Source: Xanthobacteraceae bacterium
Lineage (GTDB): Bacteria; Pseudomonadota; Alphaproteobacteria; Rhizobiales; Xanthobacteraceae
Direction of reading: 5' to 3'
DNA: 64,000 nucleotides
Assembly (NCBI GenBank): GCA_035565575.1
Contig: DATMSE010000130.1
Location: 1,107-65,106 of the forward strand
The notes beneath the pieces are model-generated. The model saw only the letters and a list, made by a program, of their open reading frames with translations, made no database searches and was not told the origin of the DNA. Positions 1 through 12,327 of the stretch are shown piece after piece. Position numbers and translations under genes: made by a program. How positions within the stretch are numbered: position 1 is the first letter of the stretch; every line of letters starts with the position of its first letter.

Positions 1-93
1 GCTGCGCGCGCCTTTCTGGAACGACATTTCGACGATATCGGCCGCACCAGCACGCTGGACCTTGCGGCCGAATCCGGCGTCGAGTGGGGATAG
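1..93 (+). CDS. 3' end of an unidentified upstream CDS (partial)
   Basis: Frame +1 reads AARAFLERHFDDIGRTSTLDLAAESGVEWG and ends at TAG 91-93. The window begins inside the gene. No family recognised. Confidence 0.3.
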   Translation, partial: AARAFLERHFDDIGRTSTLDLAAESGVEWG

Positions 94-303
94 CCGATCG
101 GACCGTACCCGCATAAATTTCTATATAATTACAATGACTTGCACCAATACCCCTGATTGGGAGAGCCGTCGCCGGGCTCGAACGGGAGGACCTGAGATCA
201 AGAGGTGGCCAGCCATGAGTGGACCGCAGAGCAGCCTCCGCGGTCCGCGAATGGAAAAATTCGTAAGCCTTGCTTATTATATCGCTCACTTACGGAATGA
301 GCG

Positions 304-789
304 ATGCCCCGATCCGGACCGATTGATGCCGACTTCCTGTTCGCGCTGTTCGAGGTGCAGCGGCTGCTGCGGCTCTATGCCGACAAGCAGGCGGCGCAAT
401 ATGGGCTTACCCGCACGCAATGGGCCGTGCTGGCGAAGGTCAATCGTTCGGAAGGATTGAAGCAGGCCGAAGTGGCCGAGATGCTTGAAGTCCAGCCGAT
501 CACGTTGACGCGACTGATCGACAAGCTCTGCGACAGCGGCCTGCTTGAGCGCCGCAGCGACGCCACCGATCGACGCATCAACCGTTTGTACCTGACCAAG
601 GCTGCGCGGCCATTGATGGCGAAGCTGGCCGCTCTGCGATCCGAAGTCGTTGCGACCGCCTGCACCGGATTCAGTCACGCTGAAGTCCATCGGCTGGTCG
701 AGCAGCTCGAAACCATCAAGGACAATGTTCGCGACGCGCTGCAGGCGAGCCCCAGCGCAGCAAAACCCAAGGAACGCCGTTATGGCTGA
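304..789 (+). CDS. MarR family transcriptional regulator
   Basis: 161-aa ORF with a winged-helix MarR pattern (LTRTQWAVLAKV..GLKQAEVAEMLEVQPITLTRLIDKLCDSGLLERRSDATDRRINRLYLT). Its stop overlaps the start of the downstream HlyD gene. Confidence 0.88.
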   Translation: MPRSGPIDADFLFALFEVQRLLRLYADKQAAQYGLTRTQWAVLAKVNRSEGLKQAEVAEMLEVQPITLTRLIDKLCDSGLLERRSDATDRRINRLYLTKAARPLMAKLAALRSEVVATACTGFSHAEVHRLVEQLETIKDNVRDALQASPSAAKPKERRYG

Positions 790-1954
790 ACCGGCCCTCA
801 AACTCGCGCCAGAACAGAAAGCAAATCCGTCGGCACCGCCGCAAGCCGATACTCCCGTGGCCCAGCAGCGCGGCTTGACCGGCGGCCTGCGGCGCTATCG
901 TCGTCCGCTGCTGCTGATCGTCCTGCCGCTGCTGGCCCTGATCGGCGGCATCGCCTTTTATCTGAGCGGCGGCCGTTATGTGACGACCGACGACGCCTAT
1001 GTCGGTGCGCAGAAGGTTCTGATCACGCCGGACATCTCCGGCAAGATCGACAAGGTTGCGATCCGCGAAGGCCAGCAGGTGCACAAAGGTGACCTGCTGT
1101 TCGAAATCGATCCCACCCCGTTCCGCCTCGCGGTGCAGCAGGCCAAGGCCAAGCTCAACGAAGCGACGGTGACCTACAACGACCTGAAAGCCAACCTGAA
1201 GCTCTATGCCCGCTCATCGGAGCTTTCCCAACAAAGCATCGAGCTGAATCAGCGCGACGTCGAGCGCAAGAGCGCTCTGGTCAAGAGCAATTCCGGATCG
1301 CAACTCGACCTTGATAAGAGCCTGGCGAGCCTGGTCCAGTCGCAGTCGCTCAACCAGCTGCTGCAGCAGCGGATTTCCGGCGCCAAGAACCAACTGCTGG
1401 GCAATCCCGATCTGCCGCTGGAGCAGTTTCCCGCCTACATGCAGGCCAAGGCCGCGCTCGACGACGCCCAGCGCAATCTCGACCACACTGAATTACGCGC
1501 CCCGATCAACGGGATCGCCGCACAGGTCGACAATATTCAACTCGGCCGGTTCGTCACTGCCGGAACGCCCGTGTTCAGCATCATCGATACGTCGGCGCCA
1601 TGGGTTGATGCCAACCCGAAGGAGTCGGACTTCACGTATGTCGCTGTCGGCCAGCCCGTCACCATCGACGTCGATGCCTTTCCCGATCATCGTTTCAAGG
1701 GCACCATCGGCTCGCTCAGCCCCGGCACCGGCGCGACCTTCGCGATCCTGCCGCCGCAGAACGCCACCGGCAACTTCGTCAAGATCGTGCAGCGCGTTCC
1801 GGTCCGCATCTACTTCGACAAGAATGATGCCGACGTGCAGCGCCTCAAATCCGGCATGAGCGCCTACGTCACCATTGACACCGGACATCAGCGTACGCTG
1901 GCCGGGCTGTTGGGCTTCGGCCTGACGAAAGAGCCGGCCAAGGCCAAGCCGTAG
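782..1954 (+). CDS. emrA: HlyD/EmrA-family membrane fusion (efflux adaptor) protein
   Basis: N-terminal TM (LLLIVLPLLALIGGIAFYL), a coiled-coil middle and a C-terminal barrel (VQRVPVRIYF). Track ORF 650..1954 trimmed to ATG 782 (MAEPALKL), which overlaps the marR stop. Confidence 0.85.
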   Translation: MAEPALKLAPEQKANPSAPPQADTPVAQQRGLTGGLRRYRRPLLLIVLPLLALIGGIAFYLSGGRYVTTDDAYVGAQKVLITPDISGKIDKVAIREGQQVHKGDLLFEIDPTPFRLAVQQAKAKLNEATVTYNDLKANLKLYARSSELSQQSIELNQRDVERKSALVKSNSGSQLDLDKSLASLVQSQSLNQLLQQRISGAKNQLLGNPDLPLEQFPAYMQAKAALDDAQRNLDHTELRAPINGIAAQVDNIQLGRFVTAGTPVFSIIDTSAPWVDANPKESDFTYVAVGQPVTIDVDAFPDHRFKGTIGSLSPGTGATFAILPPQNATGNFVKIVQRVPVRIYFDKNDADVQRLKSGMSAYVTIDTGHQRTLAGLLGFGLTKEPAKAKP

Positions 1955-1956
1955 TC

Positions 1957-3513
1957 ATGACCGCCGCTGCCGCACACCCCGCTGCGGTCCCCGGCCTGCG
2001 CCGGAACATGGTGACGATCTGCGCCATGACCGCGACCATTATGCAGGCGCTCGACACCACGATCGCCAACGTCGCGCTGCCGTACATGCAGGGAAGCCTT
2101 TCGGCTTCGCAGGATCAGATCAACTGGGTGCTCACCTCCTACATCGTGGCGGCCGCGATCATGACCGCCCCGGTGGGCTGGATCGCCAACCGCTTCGGAC
2201 GCAAGCGCATCTTCATCATCTGCTCGGCCGGCTTCACCGTCGCCTCGGTGATGTGCGGCCTTGCCCAGGACATCACCCAGATGGTGCTGTTCCGGCTGCT
2301 GCAGGGCGTATTCGGCGCAGCGCTGGTGCCGCTGTCGCAGGCGGTCATGCTGGACAGTTACGCGCTGCATGAACGCGCCAAGGCAATGGCGATCTGGGGC
2401 ATGGGCGTGATGATGGGACCGATCATGGGCCCCTCGCTCGGTGCCTGGCTGACGGAGACCTACTCCTGGCACTGGGTGTTCTTCGTCAATCTGCCGTTCG
2501 GCGCCATCACCGTCATCGGCCTTATCATCTTCATGGATGAAACCCATCTCGACACCAAGCTGCGTTTCGACTGGTTCGGCTTCACGGCGCTCGCCATCGG
2601 TATCGGCGCGCTGCAACTGGCGCTCGACCGCGGCGAGCAGCTCGACTGGTTCAATTCATGGGAGATCGTGATCGAGTTCATCGTCTCGGGAATCGGCTTC
2701 TATTACTTCTTCGCACATTCCTTCACGACGGAGCGCCCGTTCATCCAGTTCGCGATCTTTGCGGATAAGAACTTTGCCGCGGCCTGTATCTTCATGGTGG
2801 TGATCGGCGTCGTGCTGTTCTCGACCATGGCGCTGGCATCGCCGCTGTTCCAGAACGCGTTCGGCTATCCCATTCTCACGGCCGGATTACTGCTGGCAAC
2901 GCGCGGCAGCGGCACTTTCGTCGCGATGATGATGGTCAGCCGGCTGATGAAATACTTCGAAGCCAAGTACCTGATCGCCACTGGCCTGTCGCTGATCGCG
3001 GTCACGCTCTACGACATGACCGGATGGACCGCCGACACCCAGGTGAAAACCATCGTCGTCAACAGTGTCATTCAGGGCTTCGGCCTCGGCCTCGTCTTCG
3101 TCCCGCTGTCGACCGCCGCGTTCATGACGCTGCCGAATCATCTGCGCACCGACGGAACGTCGATGCTCACCCTGATCCGCAACGTCGCCAGTTCAATCGG
3201 GATTTCGATCGTGATCGCCAAGCTGACCAGCGGCACGACGCGCGTCCATGCCGTGCTGGCCGAGCACGTCACGCCGTTCAATCAGGCGCTGCAAATGCCG
3301 GACGTCAGCAGCATCCTCAATCTGCAGACCGACGCTGGACGCGCCATGATGGACGCCATTCTTTACGCGCAATCGCAGATCATCGCGTTCTCGCAGGATT
3401 TCGAACTGGTGATGCTCGTCACCCTCTGCGCGATCCCGCTGGCCTTCATCATGGGCTCGACGAAGGCCTCGATGCGCGCGCCGAGCGCCGATCACGCCGC
3501 CGTCATGGAATGA
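1957..3513 (+). CDS. emrB: MFS DHA2-family (EmrB/QacA-like) efflux transporter
   Basis: 518-aa polytopic protein with the LDTTIANVALPYMQGSLSAS opening typical of EmrB. Starts 3 nt after the emrA stop. Confidence 0.88.
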   Translation: MTAAAAHPAAVPGLRRNMVTICAMTATIMQALDTTIANVALPYMQGSLSASQDQINWVLTSYIVAAAIMTAPVGWIANRFGRKRIFIICSAGFTVASVMCGLAQDITQMVLFRLLQGVFGAALVPLSQAVMLDSYALHERAKAMAIWGMGVMMGPIMGPSLGAWLTETYSWHWVFFVNLPFGAITVIGLIIFMDETHLDTKLRFDWFGFTALAIGIGALQLALDRGEQLDWFNSWEIVIEFIVSGIGFYYFFAHSFTTERPFIQFAIFADKNFAAACIFMVVIGVVLFSTMALASPLFQNAFGYPILTAGLLLATRGSGTFVAMMMVSRLMKYFEAKYLIATGLSLIAVTLYDMTGWTADTQVKTIVVNSVIQGFGLGLVFVPLSTAAFMTLPNHLRTDGTSMLTLIRNVASSIGISIVIAKLTSGTTRVHAVLAEHVTPFNQALQMPDVSSILNLQTDAGRAMMDAILYAQSQIIAFSQDFELVMLVTLCAIPLAFIMGSTKASMRAPSADHAAVME

Positions 3514-3531
3514 CGGCGGCCGAGCCATCGC

Positions 3532-4119
3532 TCACAGGTCGAAGAAGACCGTTTCGTTATCACCCTGCAGGTGCACGTCGAACCGATAATCCGCCCCTCC
3601 CCCACCGCGCCTGGCGATCAACGTCGCACGACGTTCGGCGGGGACCAGCGCCAGGACCGGATCGGCGGCATTCTTCTCGGCCTCGTCCTCGAAGTAGATG
3701 CGGGTGTAAAGCTGCAGCAGCATGCCGCGCGCAAACACCGCCAGCAGAATATGCGGCGCCTGCGGCTTTCCGTCGGGATCAGGCACCACGCCCGGCTTGA
3801 TGGTATCGAAAGCGAACTCGCCTTTGGCAGAGGTCCCGCAGCGCCCAAAGCCCTTGAAAGTGGCATTCGGCAGCGCCCGCTTGTCCTGCGGATCGGCAAA
3901 ACGGCCCTGCGCATCGGCCTGCCAGATCTCCAGCATCGCGTCCGGAATCACCACCCCGTCGCCGTCGAACACCTGGCCATGCACGCGAATGCGCTCGCCG
4001 GTCGAATCCGCCGTCACGAGGTCGTTGCTGAAGGCGTCGTTCCAGTCGTATTTCCCGCCCGGCGTCAGGCCGTATGCGAAGTACGGGCCCACCGTTTGCG
4101 AAGGCGTGATGCCGGCCAT
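3532..4119 (-). CDS. pcaG: protocatechuate 3,4-dioxygenase alpha subunit
   Basis: MAGITPSQTVGPYFAYGL... intradiol dioxygenase alpha chain. ORF trimmed to ATG 4119, which overlaps the pcaH stop by 1 nt (TAATG on the minus strand). Confidence 0.9.
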   Translation of the reverse strand: MAGITPSQTVGPYFAYGLTPGGKYDWNDAFSNDLVTADSTGERIRVHGQVFDGDGVVIPDAMLEIWQADAQGRFADPQDKRALPNATFKGFGRCGTSAKGEFAFDTIKPGVVPDPDGKPQAPHILLAVFARGMLLQLYTRIYFEDEAEKNAADPVLALVPAERRATLIARRGGGGADYRFDVHLQGDNETVFFDL

Positions 4120-4826
4120 TACTTGGTCTCCATCGGCGTGGCGTTGCGGCCGCGCAGGACAATATCGAAGCGGTAGCACAGCGCCCAATCCGGCTTGGTG
4201 TTCTCCAGATCGAAATTCGATACCATGCGCATCCGGGCCTTCTCATCCGGCACCGAATTGAAGATCGGATCGAACTCGAACAGCGGATCGCCGGGGAAAT
4301 ACATCTGCGTCACCAGACGCGAGATGAAGGCGTGGCCGAACACCGAGAAATGGATATGCGCCGGACGCCACGCATTGTGATGATTGCCCCAGGGATAAGC
4401 GCCGGGCTTGATGGTGATGAACCGGTAATAGCCGTTGGCGTCGGTCTGGGCCCGCCCGGCTCCGGTGAAGTTCGGATCGAGCGGCGCGGGATGCTGGTCG
4501 ACGACATGGATGTAGCGGCCGCAGGCATTGGCCTGCCAGATCTCAAGCAGCGTATTGGGCACACCGCGGCCATCCTCGTCGCGGACATGACCGTGCACGA
4601 TGATGCGCTCGCCGAGCGGCTCGCCGCTATGCTGGATCGTGAGATCATGGTCGTTCGGCCGCACCGTCTCGTGGCCGTAGACGGGTCCGGTCAGTTCAGA
4701 CAGCGTATGGCGCATCAAGATCAACGGCTTCTGCGGCGACCGCTTCGGCGTGCTCCTGTAGCCAGGAAACAACCGGGGCGGATTCGCCTGGTTGCTCTCC
4801 CGCGGATAAATCAGAGTCATATCCAT
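4119..4826 (-). CDS. pcaH: protocatechuate 3,4-dioxygenase beta subunit
   Basis: 235 aa with an intradiol dioxygenase beta-chain pattern (LLEIWQANACGRYIHVVDQH, AWRPAHIHFSVFG). Confidence 0.92.
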   Translation of the reverse strand: MDMTLIYPRESNQANPPRLFPGYRSTPKRSPQKPLILMRHTLSELTGPVYGHETVRPNDHDLTIQHSGEPLGERIIVHGHVRDEDGRGVPNTLLEIWQANACGRYIHVVDQHPAPLDPNFTGAGRAQTDANGYYRFITIKPGAYPWGNHHNAWRPAHIHFSVFGHAFISRLVTQMYFPGDPLFEFDPIFNSVPDEKARMRMVSNFDLENTKPDWALCYRFDIVLRGRNATPMETK

Positions 4827-4894
4827 GGTCCTCCCGCCGACGCCCAGCCAGGCGACGGCCGCTCAGTGTCGATCGGCCGGAAGCGTCCCGGCCG

Positions 4895-6103
<1,209 letters not shown>

Positions 6104-6350
6104 GGGGAAACCTCCGGAATGTGGCCACCCTGATCGGATCGCCGGATTGCATGAAGTCGAATGTCCCGTGGTTTTAAGAACCTATCCAAAGCAGGTCAAT
6201 TGATCGCGGGGCGCGAGAGCACGCGTTCCGGCGCAGGGGATATGCGCCGGAGGCGGGGGGCCGTGATAAATACCGCGGGGCGTGGAAATCGTGCATGGCG
6301 CGCCCAATCCCATAGGATCGGCCGGCAAAACTCGATAGGTTGCGCCCGCC

Positions 6351-9080
6351 ATGTCGCAATCGTCCGCTTCCCTTGCCACCGCATCTGTCACGCCGCCCGA
6401 ACCGGCGGCGCGCGTGACGCCGATGATGGAACAGTATCTCGAGATCAAGGCGGCCAATCCGGGCCTCCTGCTGTTCTACCGGATGGGCGATTTCTACGAA
6501 CTGTTCTTCGAGGACGCGGAAATTGCCTCGCGCGCGCTGGGCATCACGCTGACCAAGCGCGGCAAGCATCAGGGCGAGGACATTCCGATGTGCGGCGTGC
6601 CGGTGGAGCGTGCCGACGACTATCTGCACCGGCTGATTGCGCTCGGGCATCGCGTCGCGGTGTGCGAGCAGATGGAAGATCCGGCCGCCGCCCGCAAGCG
6701 CGGCAACAAGAGCGTGGTCAAGCGCGACGTGGTGCGGCTGGTGACGCCCGGCACGCTGACCGAGGACAACCTTCTCGATGCGCGCGCCAACAACTATCTG
6801 CTGGCGCTGGCGCGCGCCCGCGCCTCGTCATCCGGCGATGACCGTATCGGCCTTGCCTGGATCGATATCTCCACATCGGAATTCATGGTGACCGAGTGCA
6901 GCGCCGGCGAACTCGGCGCCACGCTGGCACGGATCAATCCGAATGAAGCCATCGTGACCGACGCGGTCTATAACGATGCGGTGCTCGGTCCGCTGCTGCG
7001 TGAGTTGCCCGCCGTCACGCCCCTCACCCGCGACGTGTTCGACAGCGCCACCGCCGAGCGGCGACTGTGCGACTATTTCGCGGTGGCGACCATGGACGGC
7101 CTCAGTGCGATGTCTCGGCTCGAGGTCACCGCCGCCGCCGCCGCCGTCACCTATATCGACCGCACCCAGGTCGGCAAGCGGGTGCCGCTATCGCCGCCGG
7201 CCCGCGAAATGACCGGCGCCACCATGGCAATCGATCCGGCGACGCGCGCCAACCTGGAGCTGACGCGAACCCTGGCGGGCGAGCGGCGCGGTTCGCTGCT
7301 CGACGCCATCGACGGCACGGTGACCGCGGCGGGATCGCGCCTCCTGGCGCAGCGCCTCGCCGCGCCATTGACCGACACCGCTGCGATTGCGCACCGCCTC
7401 GATGCCATCAGCGCCTTCGTCGACGACACTGCCGCACGCGACGATCTTCGCAGCATCCTGCGCGCGGCGCCGGACATGTCACGCGCTTTGGCGCGGCTGT
7501 CGGTGGGCCGCGGCGGACCACGCGATTTAGCCGCCCTGCGCGATGGCATCCTTGCCGCCGATCACGCGTTGGAGCGGCTCCATCGCCTTGTCGATCTGCC
7601 GCGCGATCTGCAAACGGTGGCGAGCGCGTTGCAGCGCCCCTCGCGCGATCTCGCGCATGAATTCGCCCGCGCGCTGGACGACGAATTGCCGCTGCTCAAG
7701 CGCGACGGCGGCTTCGTCCGCAAAGGCTATGCGGCCGCGCTGGACGACACCCGCAAGCTGCGGGACGATTCGCGCCGCGTCGTCGCCGAGATGCAGGCGC
7801 GCTATGCCGACGACACCGGCATCAAGGCCCTCAAAATCCGCCACAACAACGTGCTCGGCTATTTCGTCGAGGTGACGGCGCAGCACGGCGACAGGCTGAT
7901 GGCCGCGCCGCTCAATGCTACCTTCATCCACCGCCAGACCTTGGCCGGACAGGTGCGCTTTACCACAGCCGAGCTCGGCGAAATCGAAGCCAAGATCGCC
8001 AATGCCGGCGACCGTGCGCTCGGCCTCGAACTCGACATCTTCGAGCAGCTCTGCACGATGGCGATTGAAGCCGGCGATGATCTTCGCGCCGCCGCTCACG
8101 CCTTTGCCGTGCTCGATGTCGCAACCGCATTGGCCAAGCTCGCCGTCGACGAGAACTATGTCCGCCCCGAAGTTGACGCGTCGCTCGGCTTCGCCATCGA
8201 GGGCGGCCGCCATCCCGTGGTCGAGCAGGCTCTCAAGCGCGATGGCCAGCCGTTCATTGCCAACAATTGCGACCTGTCGCCGGGGCCTGCCCAGGCGTCC
8301 GGACAGATCTGGTTGATCACCGGCCCGAACATGGCGGGTAAATCAACCTTTCTGCGGCAGAACGCGCTGATCGCACTATTGGCGCAAACCGGCAGCTTCG
8401 TCCCTGCGGCACGCGCCCGCATCGGCGTGGTCGACCGGCTGTTCTCGCGTGTCGGCGCCGCCGACGATCTGGCGCGGGGACGCTCCACATTCATGGTGGA
8501 GATGGTGGAAACCGCCGCCATCCTCAATCAGGCCGGCGAGCGCGCGCTGGTGATCCTCGACGAGATCGGTCGCGGCACCGCCACCTTCGACGGTCTCTCC
8601 ATCGCCTGGGCGGCGATCGAGCACCTGCACGAATCGAATAAGTGCCGCACCCTGTTCGCGACGCATTATCACGAACTGACCGCGCTCTCGGCGCGGCTGC
8701 CGCGCCTGTTCAATGCCACCGTGCGTGTCAAAGAATGGCACGGCGATGTGGTGTTCCTGCACGAAGTGCTGCCCGGATCGGCGGATCGCTCCTACGGCAT
8801 TCAGGTGGCGAAACTCGCCGGCCTGCCGCCGAGTGTCATCGCCCGGGCTAAAGCCGTATTGGCCAAGCTCGAGGCACAGGATCGCGGCGCGACGACGCGC
8901 GCGCTGACTGACGATCTGCCGCTGTTCGCCGTAACCTCCCGCGCAGCAGCGGAACAGCAACCGCCAAGCGAATCCGAACAACTGATCGCAGCACTCGCCG
9001 CGCTGCATCCCGACGAGATGTCGCCCCGCGAGGCGCTCGATGCGCTCTACGCCTTGAAGGCCAAGTTGCCGAAGGAGTGA
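6351..9080 (+). CDS. mutS: DNA mismatch repair protein MutS
   Basis: 909 aa with [15 protein letters not shown], Walker [14 protein letters not shown] and STFMVEM motifs. Confidence 0.97.
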   Translation: MSQSSASLATASVTPPEPAARVTPMMEQYLEIKAANPGLLLFYRMGDFYELFFEDAEIASRALGITLTKRGKHQGEDIPMCGVPVERADDYLHRLIALGHRVAVCEQMEDPAAARKRGNKSVVKRDVVRLVTPGTLTEDNLLDARANNYLLALARARASSSGDDRIGLAWIDISTSEFMVTECSAGELGATLARINPNEAIVTDAVYNDAVLGPLLRELPAVTPLTRDVFDSATAERRLCDYFAVATMDGLSAMSRLEVTAAAAAVTYIDRTQVGKRVPLSPPAREMTGATMAIDPATRANLELTRTLAGERRGSLLDAIDGTVTAAGSRLLAQRLAAPLTDTAAIAHRLDAISAFVDDTAARDDLRSILRAAPDMSRALARLSVGRGGPRDLAALRDGILAADHALERLHRLVDLPRDLQTVASALQRPSRDLAHEFARALDDELPLLKRDGGFVRKGYAAALDDTRKLRDDSRRVVAEMQARYADDTGIKALKIRHNNVLGYFVEVTAQHGDRLMAAPLNATFIHRQTLAGQVRFTTAELGEIEAKIANAGDRALGLELDIFEQLCTMAIEAGDDLRAAAHAFAVLDVATALAKLAVDENYVRPEVDASLGFAIEGGRHPVVEQALKRDGQPFIANNCDLSPGPAQASGQIWLITGPNMAGKSTFLRQNALIALLAQTGSFVPAARARIGVVDRLFSRVGAADDLARGRSTFMVEMVETAAILNQAGERALVILDEIGRGTATFDGLSIAWAAIEHLHESNKCRTLFATHYHELTALSARLPRLFNATVRVKEWHGDVVFLHEVLPGSADRSYGIQVAKLAGLPPSVIARAKAVLAKLEAQDRGATTRALTDDLPLFAVTSRAAAEQQPPSESEQLIAALAALHPDEMSPREALDALYALKAKLPKE

Positions 9081-9110
9081 CAATGCGCGCGGTCCACTTC
9101 GCTTAAAGCC

Positions 9111-9923
9111 TCAGCCGGCTGCGCGGGCCATGCCCCGGCGGCTGAAACCCCACAGCCCGAGATTCCAGACGACGCAAACGGCCAGTGCCAGTAACAGGCC
9201 CGTCACCGTCCCGAGATGCGGCGTCACCAGATAGAGCATCGCCAGACCAAGCCCGAAGCCGGCCAGCCCCCAAACGCTGTTGGCCAGCACCGCGGCGGTC
9301 GCGCGGCCGCCGATACGCGGGTGCAGGATCAGCATCAAACTGGACGAGACGATGGGGAAGACGGCGAGAACGCCGGTGACCGCGGGTCCGACGCGGTTCG
9401 ACAGTCCGACGACCGTTGCGACCATCAGCGCCACCAGCAGCGCCCGCAACGGAATGTCGTACCAGCGCCGGCGGATCGGCGGCATCACTACCTTGCGGTA
9501 ACGTTGCGACAGCGGCAGGCAGATCGCGCAAACCAGTGCGTTGACGGCAAGCGCGCTGCCCAGCGACCAGGTGACGCTGTGCGCCAGCGATGCCAACGCC
9601 AGCCACGTCAGCATCGCGGCGCCGAAGCTCGCCATCATGCCGTGCCGCTGCGCCATCATCACGTAAACCAGACCATAAGTGATGGTCGCGGCGTTGATGG
9701 GCAGCGCGGCGAGCGCGCTGGCCGCGATGAAGGCGGCGTCGTGATCGAGGGCGAGAAAGACGTAGACCGGTCCGGTCGCCACCGGCAGGGTTGCCACCAA
9801 GGCGCCGATCACCGGCCCGGCCCGCTCGGTGATGATCGAGGCGCCGACCACGAAGACGGCCGCAACCGCCATGCGCAGCAGCAAGATCAGGGCAAAGGCA
9901 AGGTCGGGCGAATCCGGCATCAC
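9111..9923 (-). CDS. hypothetical polytopic inner-membrane protein
   Basis: 270-aa very hydrophobic ORF with about 8 predicted helices. High GC3 coding signal. No family recognised. Confidence 0.6.
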   Translation of the reverse strand: MMPDSPDLAFALILLLRMAVAAVFVVGASIITERAGPVIGALVATLPVATGPVYVFLALDHDAAFIAASALAALPINAATITYGLVYVMMAQRHGMMASFGAAMLTWLALASLAHSVTWSLGSALAVNALVCAICLPLSQRYRKVVMPPIRRRWYDIPLRALLVALMVATVVGLSNRVGPAVTGVLAVFPIVSSSLMLILHPRIGGRATAAVLANSVWGLAGFGLGLAMLYLVTPHLGTVTGLLLALAVCVVWNLGLWGFSRRGMARAAG

Positions 9924-10009
9924 TGCGTCATGCCCGGCTTTAGGTCAGGCATCCACGCCCTAATTTGCATTGATGGGATGCGTGAAGGGGCGCCGCGAAG
10001 CCGTACGGC

Positions 10010-10519
10010 TCACACGCGATGCATCGATACCGACGTCTTCGGCCCGTTCTTGATGGTCTGAAAGACTACGCAGTAACGCTCCGTCAGCTTCAGCATCAGG
10101 TCCAGCTTGTCTTGCGGCGCATCGGTATCGACGTCGAAGCGCAGGCGGATTTCCTTGAAGCCGACCGGGGTCTCCTTGTCGACACCCAAGGTCCCGCGAA
10201 AATCGAGGTCGCCCTCGGCAGACACCGAGCCGCTCTTCAACGGCACATCCAGCGCCGTGGCCACCGATTTCAGCGTGACGCCGGCGCAGGCGGCCAGTGC
10301 CTCCAGCAGCATGTCGCCTGAGCACAGTTCAAGCCCCGAACCTCCGGTGGCCGGATGCAGGCCCGCCACCGCCAGCGCACGCCCGGTATCGACCTTGCAG
10401 GTGATGCCCTCGCCCTCGATCGACCCCTTGGCCTTCAGGGTAATGAATCCCGCTTGGGGGTCGCTCTTCAGTCGGTCCTTGATCGGCGCCTGCATGGCGC
10501 GCAGTGCGGCGGAGTCCAT
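10010..10519 (-). CDS. OsmC/Ohr family peroxiredoxin-like protein
   Basis: 169 aa with the OsmC pattern (GGSGLELCSGDMLLEALAACAG ... TERYCVVFQT) and two conserved Cys. Confidence 0.8.
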   Translation of the reverse strand: MDSAALRAMQAPIKDRLKSDPQAGFITLKAKGSIEGEGITCKVDTGRALAVAGLHPATGGSGLELCSGDMLLEALAACAGVTLKSVATALDVPLKSGSVSAEGDLDFRGTLGVDKETPVGFKEIRLRFDVDTDAPQDKLDLMLKLTERYCVVFQTIKNGPKTSVSMHRV

Positions 10520-10623
10520 GGCGTAATCCTCGCGCGTTGCGGTCTGGAGATGAAGCTTGCTTGCTTTGGGTTATACCGGCTCGGCGGCGGCAGGCAAACT
10601 GCCGCCAACGCGGTGAGGCCGCG

Positions 10624-11409
10624 TTACCACCACAGCGCTTCCCCGACGAGCGCCTTGTCCGGACGATCCGGCACGGTGCGATCGAGCGAGCGGTTGAGTG
10701 CCGTCAACACCACGCGCTTGATCTTCTCGAACTCATTCGAGGCACGATCCCGCGGCCGGGGCAGCGGCACCGCAATGTCCTCGAACAGCCGGCCCGGATG
10801 CGGCCGCATGACCACGATGCGGTCGGCCAGCGTTACCGCTTCCTCGACATCATGCGTCACCATCAGCAGCGTCGGCCGGCTCTCCGCCCACAGATCGAGC
10901 AGGTGATCCTGCAGATCGGCCCGTGTGAAGGCATCGAGCGCGGAGAACGGTTCGTCCAGCAGCAGGACCTCCGGTTGTGGCACCAGCGCGCGAGCGATCG
11001 CGACGCGTTGCGCCTGACCGCCGGACAGTTCGCGGGGCCAGACCCGCGCCTTGTCCGCCAGGCCGACCCGATCGAGCGCGCGCGCCACGATGTCGCGCCG
11101 CTCGCCCTTGCTCCGGCCGGAGAGCCCGAAACCGACATTGTCGGCGACGCTGAGCCACGGCAGCAGCCGCGGCTCTTGAAAAATGATGCCGATCTTCTCA
11201 TGCGGCGCAACGATGGGCTCGCTGTCGAGCACGATCCTGCCGCGCGAGGCCGGATCGAGACCGGCGATGGCCCGCAGCAGCGTTGACTTGCCGCATCCCG
11301 AACCGCCGATCAGAAACACGATCTCACCCCGCGCGACCGTATTCGAGAAGCTCTCCAACGCATGGGTGCCGTTAGGATAGGTCTTGCTGACGCGATCGAG
11401 GACCAACAT
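10624..11409 (-). CDS. ABC transporter ATP-binding protein (nitrate/sulfonate/taurine NitT/TauT family)
   Basis: Walker A GGSGCGKSTLL, signature LSGGQAQRVAIARAL, Walker B LLLDEPFSALD. Trimmed to MLVLDRVSKTY (ATG 11409), 1 nt after the permease stop. Confidence 0.9.
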   Translation of the reverse strand: MLVLDRVSKTYPNGTHALESFSNTVARGEIVFLIGGSGCGKSTLLRAIAGLDPASRGRIVLDSEPIVAPHEKIGIIFQEPRLLPWLSVADNVGFGLSGRSKGERRDIVARALDRVGLADKARVWPRELSGGQAQRVAIARALVPQPEVLLLDEPFSALDAFTRADLQDHLLDLWAESRPTLLMVTHDVEEAVTLADRIVVMRPHPGRLFEDIAVPLPRPRDRASNEFEKIKRVVLTALNRSLDRTVPDRPDKALVGEALWW

Positions 11410-11410
11410 G

Positions 11411-12262
11411 TCAGGCGGCCTCCTGGCGCGCGCTGAAGCGATCCTCCCAGCGCAGCAGCGGCGCTGTGGCAAGTTCGATCAGCCAGTCGGTGGTCTTGCC
11501 GATGATGGCGAAAGTGACGATGGCGGCGACGATCTGCGCCGGCTTGCCGAGTTGCTGGCCGTCGATCAGCAAAAAGCCAAGACCTTCCGATGCGCCCAGA
11601 AGTTCGGCGGCGACCACGAACATCCAGCCCAGCCCGAGACCGGAGCGCAGCGCAACCACATAGCTCGGCAGCACCGCCGGCAGCAGGATGCGCCGGACCA
11701 GCGCGGGACCGGACAATCGGAACGCACGCCCGACCTCGACGATCTTGCGATCGACCGAAAGGATCGCGCCCATGACGCCGAGATACACCGGGAAGAACAC
11801 GCCGACAGCGATCAGCACCACCTTCGATTCCTCGAAGATTCCGAACCATAAGACAAAGAGCGGCACCCAGGCGATCGACGGAATCGATCGCAGTGCCTGC
11901 AAGGTCGGATCGAGAATCTGCCGCGACAGCGCAGAATAGCCGGCGAGCGCGCCGAGCAGCGTGCCGGCGACAACTCCGATGGCGAAACCGGCCGCAACCC
12001 GCAGCACGGTGGCGCGGGTGTGAAGCCATAGCTCGCCGGTCCGCGCCAGATCCCAGAGTGTCGAGAAGATCACCGACGGCGGCGGCACCAGCCGGCCATC
12101 AGAGAATCCGGCATACACCGCCAGTTCCCATAACGCCCCGAGAATAACGGGAAGCGCAAGGGCGAGCAGCACGCGGCGACATCGGCGCGCATGCGCGCTC
12201 TGGCGCGGCGCGGTCTGCGCGCTGTCGGACGTGCGCAGCAGTGGCAGATCCACGGAAGTCAT
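11411..12262 (-). CDS. ABC transporter permease (SsuC/TauC-like)
   Basis: BPD-type permease. Start set to ATG 12262 because codons 12263-12328 have about 48% GC3, versus much higher GC3 in the gene body. The alternative ATG 12328 forms an ATGA overlap with the upstream stop. Confidence 0.8.
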   Translation of the reverse strand: MTSVDLPLLRTSDSAQTAPRQSAHARRCRRVLLALALPVILGALWELAVYAGFSDGRLVPPPSVIFSTLWDLARTGELWLHTRATVLRVAAGFAIGVVAGTLLGALAGYSALSRQILDPTLQALRSIPSIAWVPLFVLWFGIFEESKVVLIAVGVFFPVYLGVMGAILSVDRKIVEVGRAFRLSGPALVRRILLPAVLPSYVVALRSGLGLGWMFVVAAELLGASEGLGFLLIDGQQLGKPAQIVAAIVTFAIIGKTTDWLIELATAPLLRWEDRFSARQEAA

Positions 12263-12327
12263 ACTCAATCCGTAACAAACGCGAACACGAGGGACGCCGG
12301 TCGTCGGAATCCCTCGCACAACTTCCA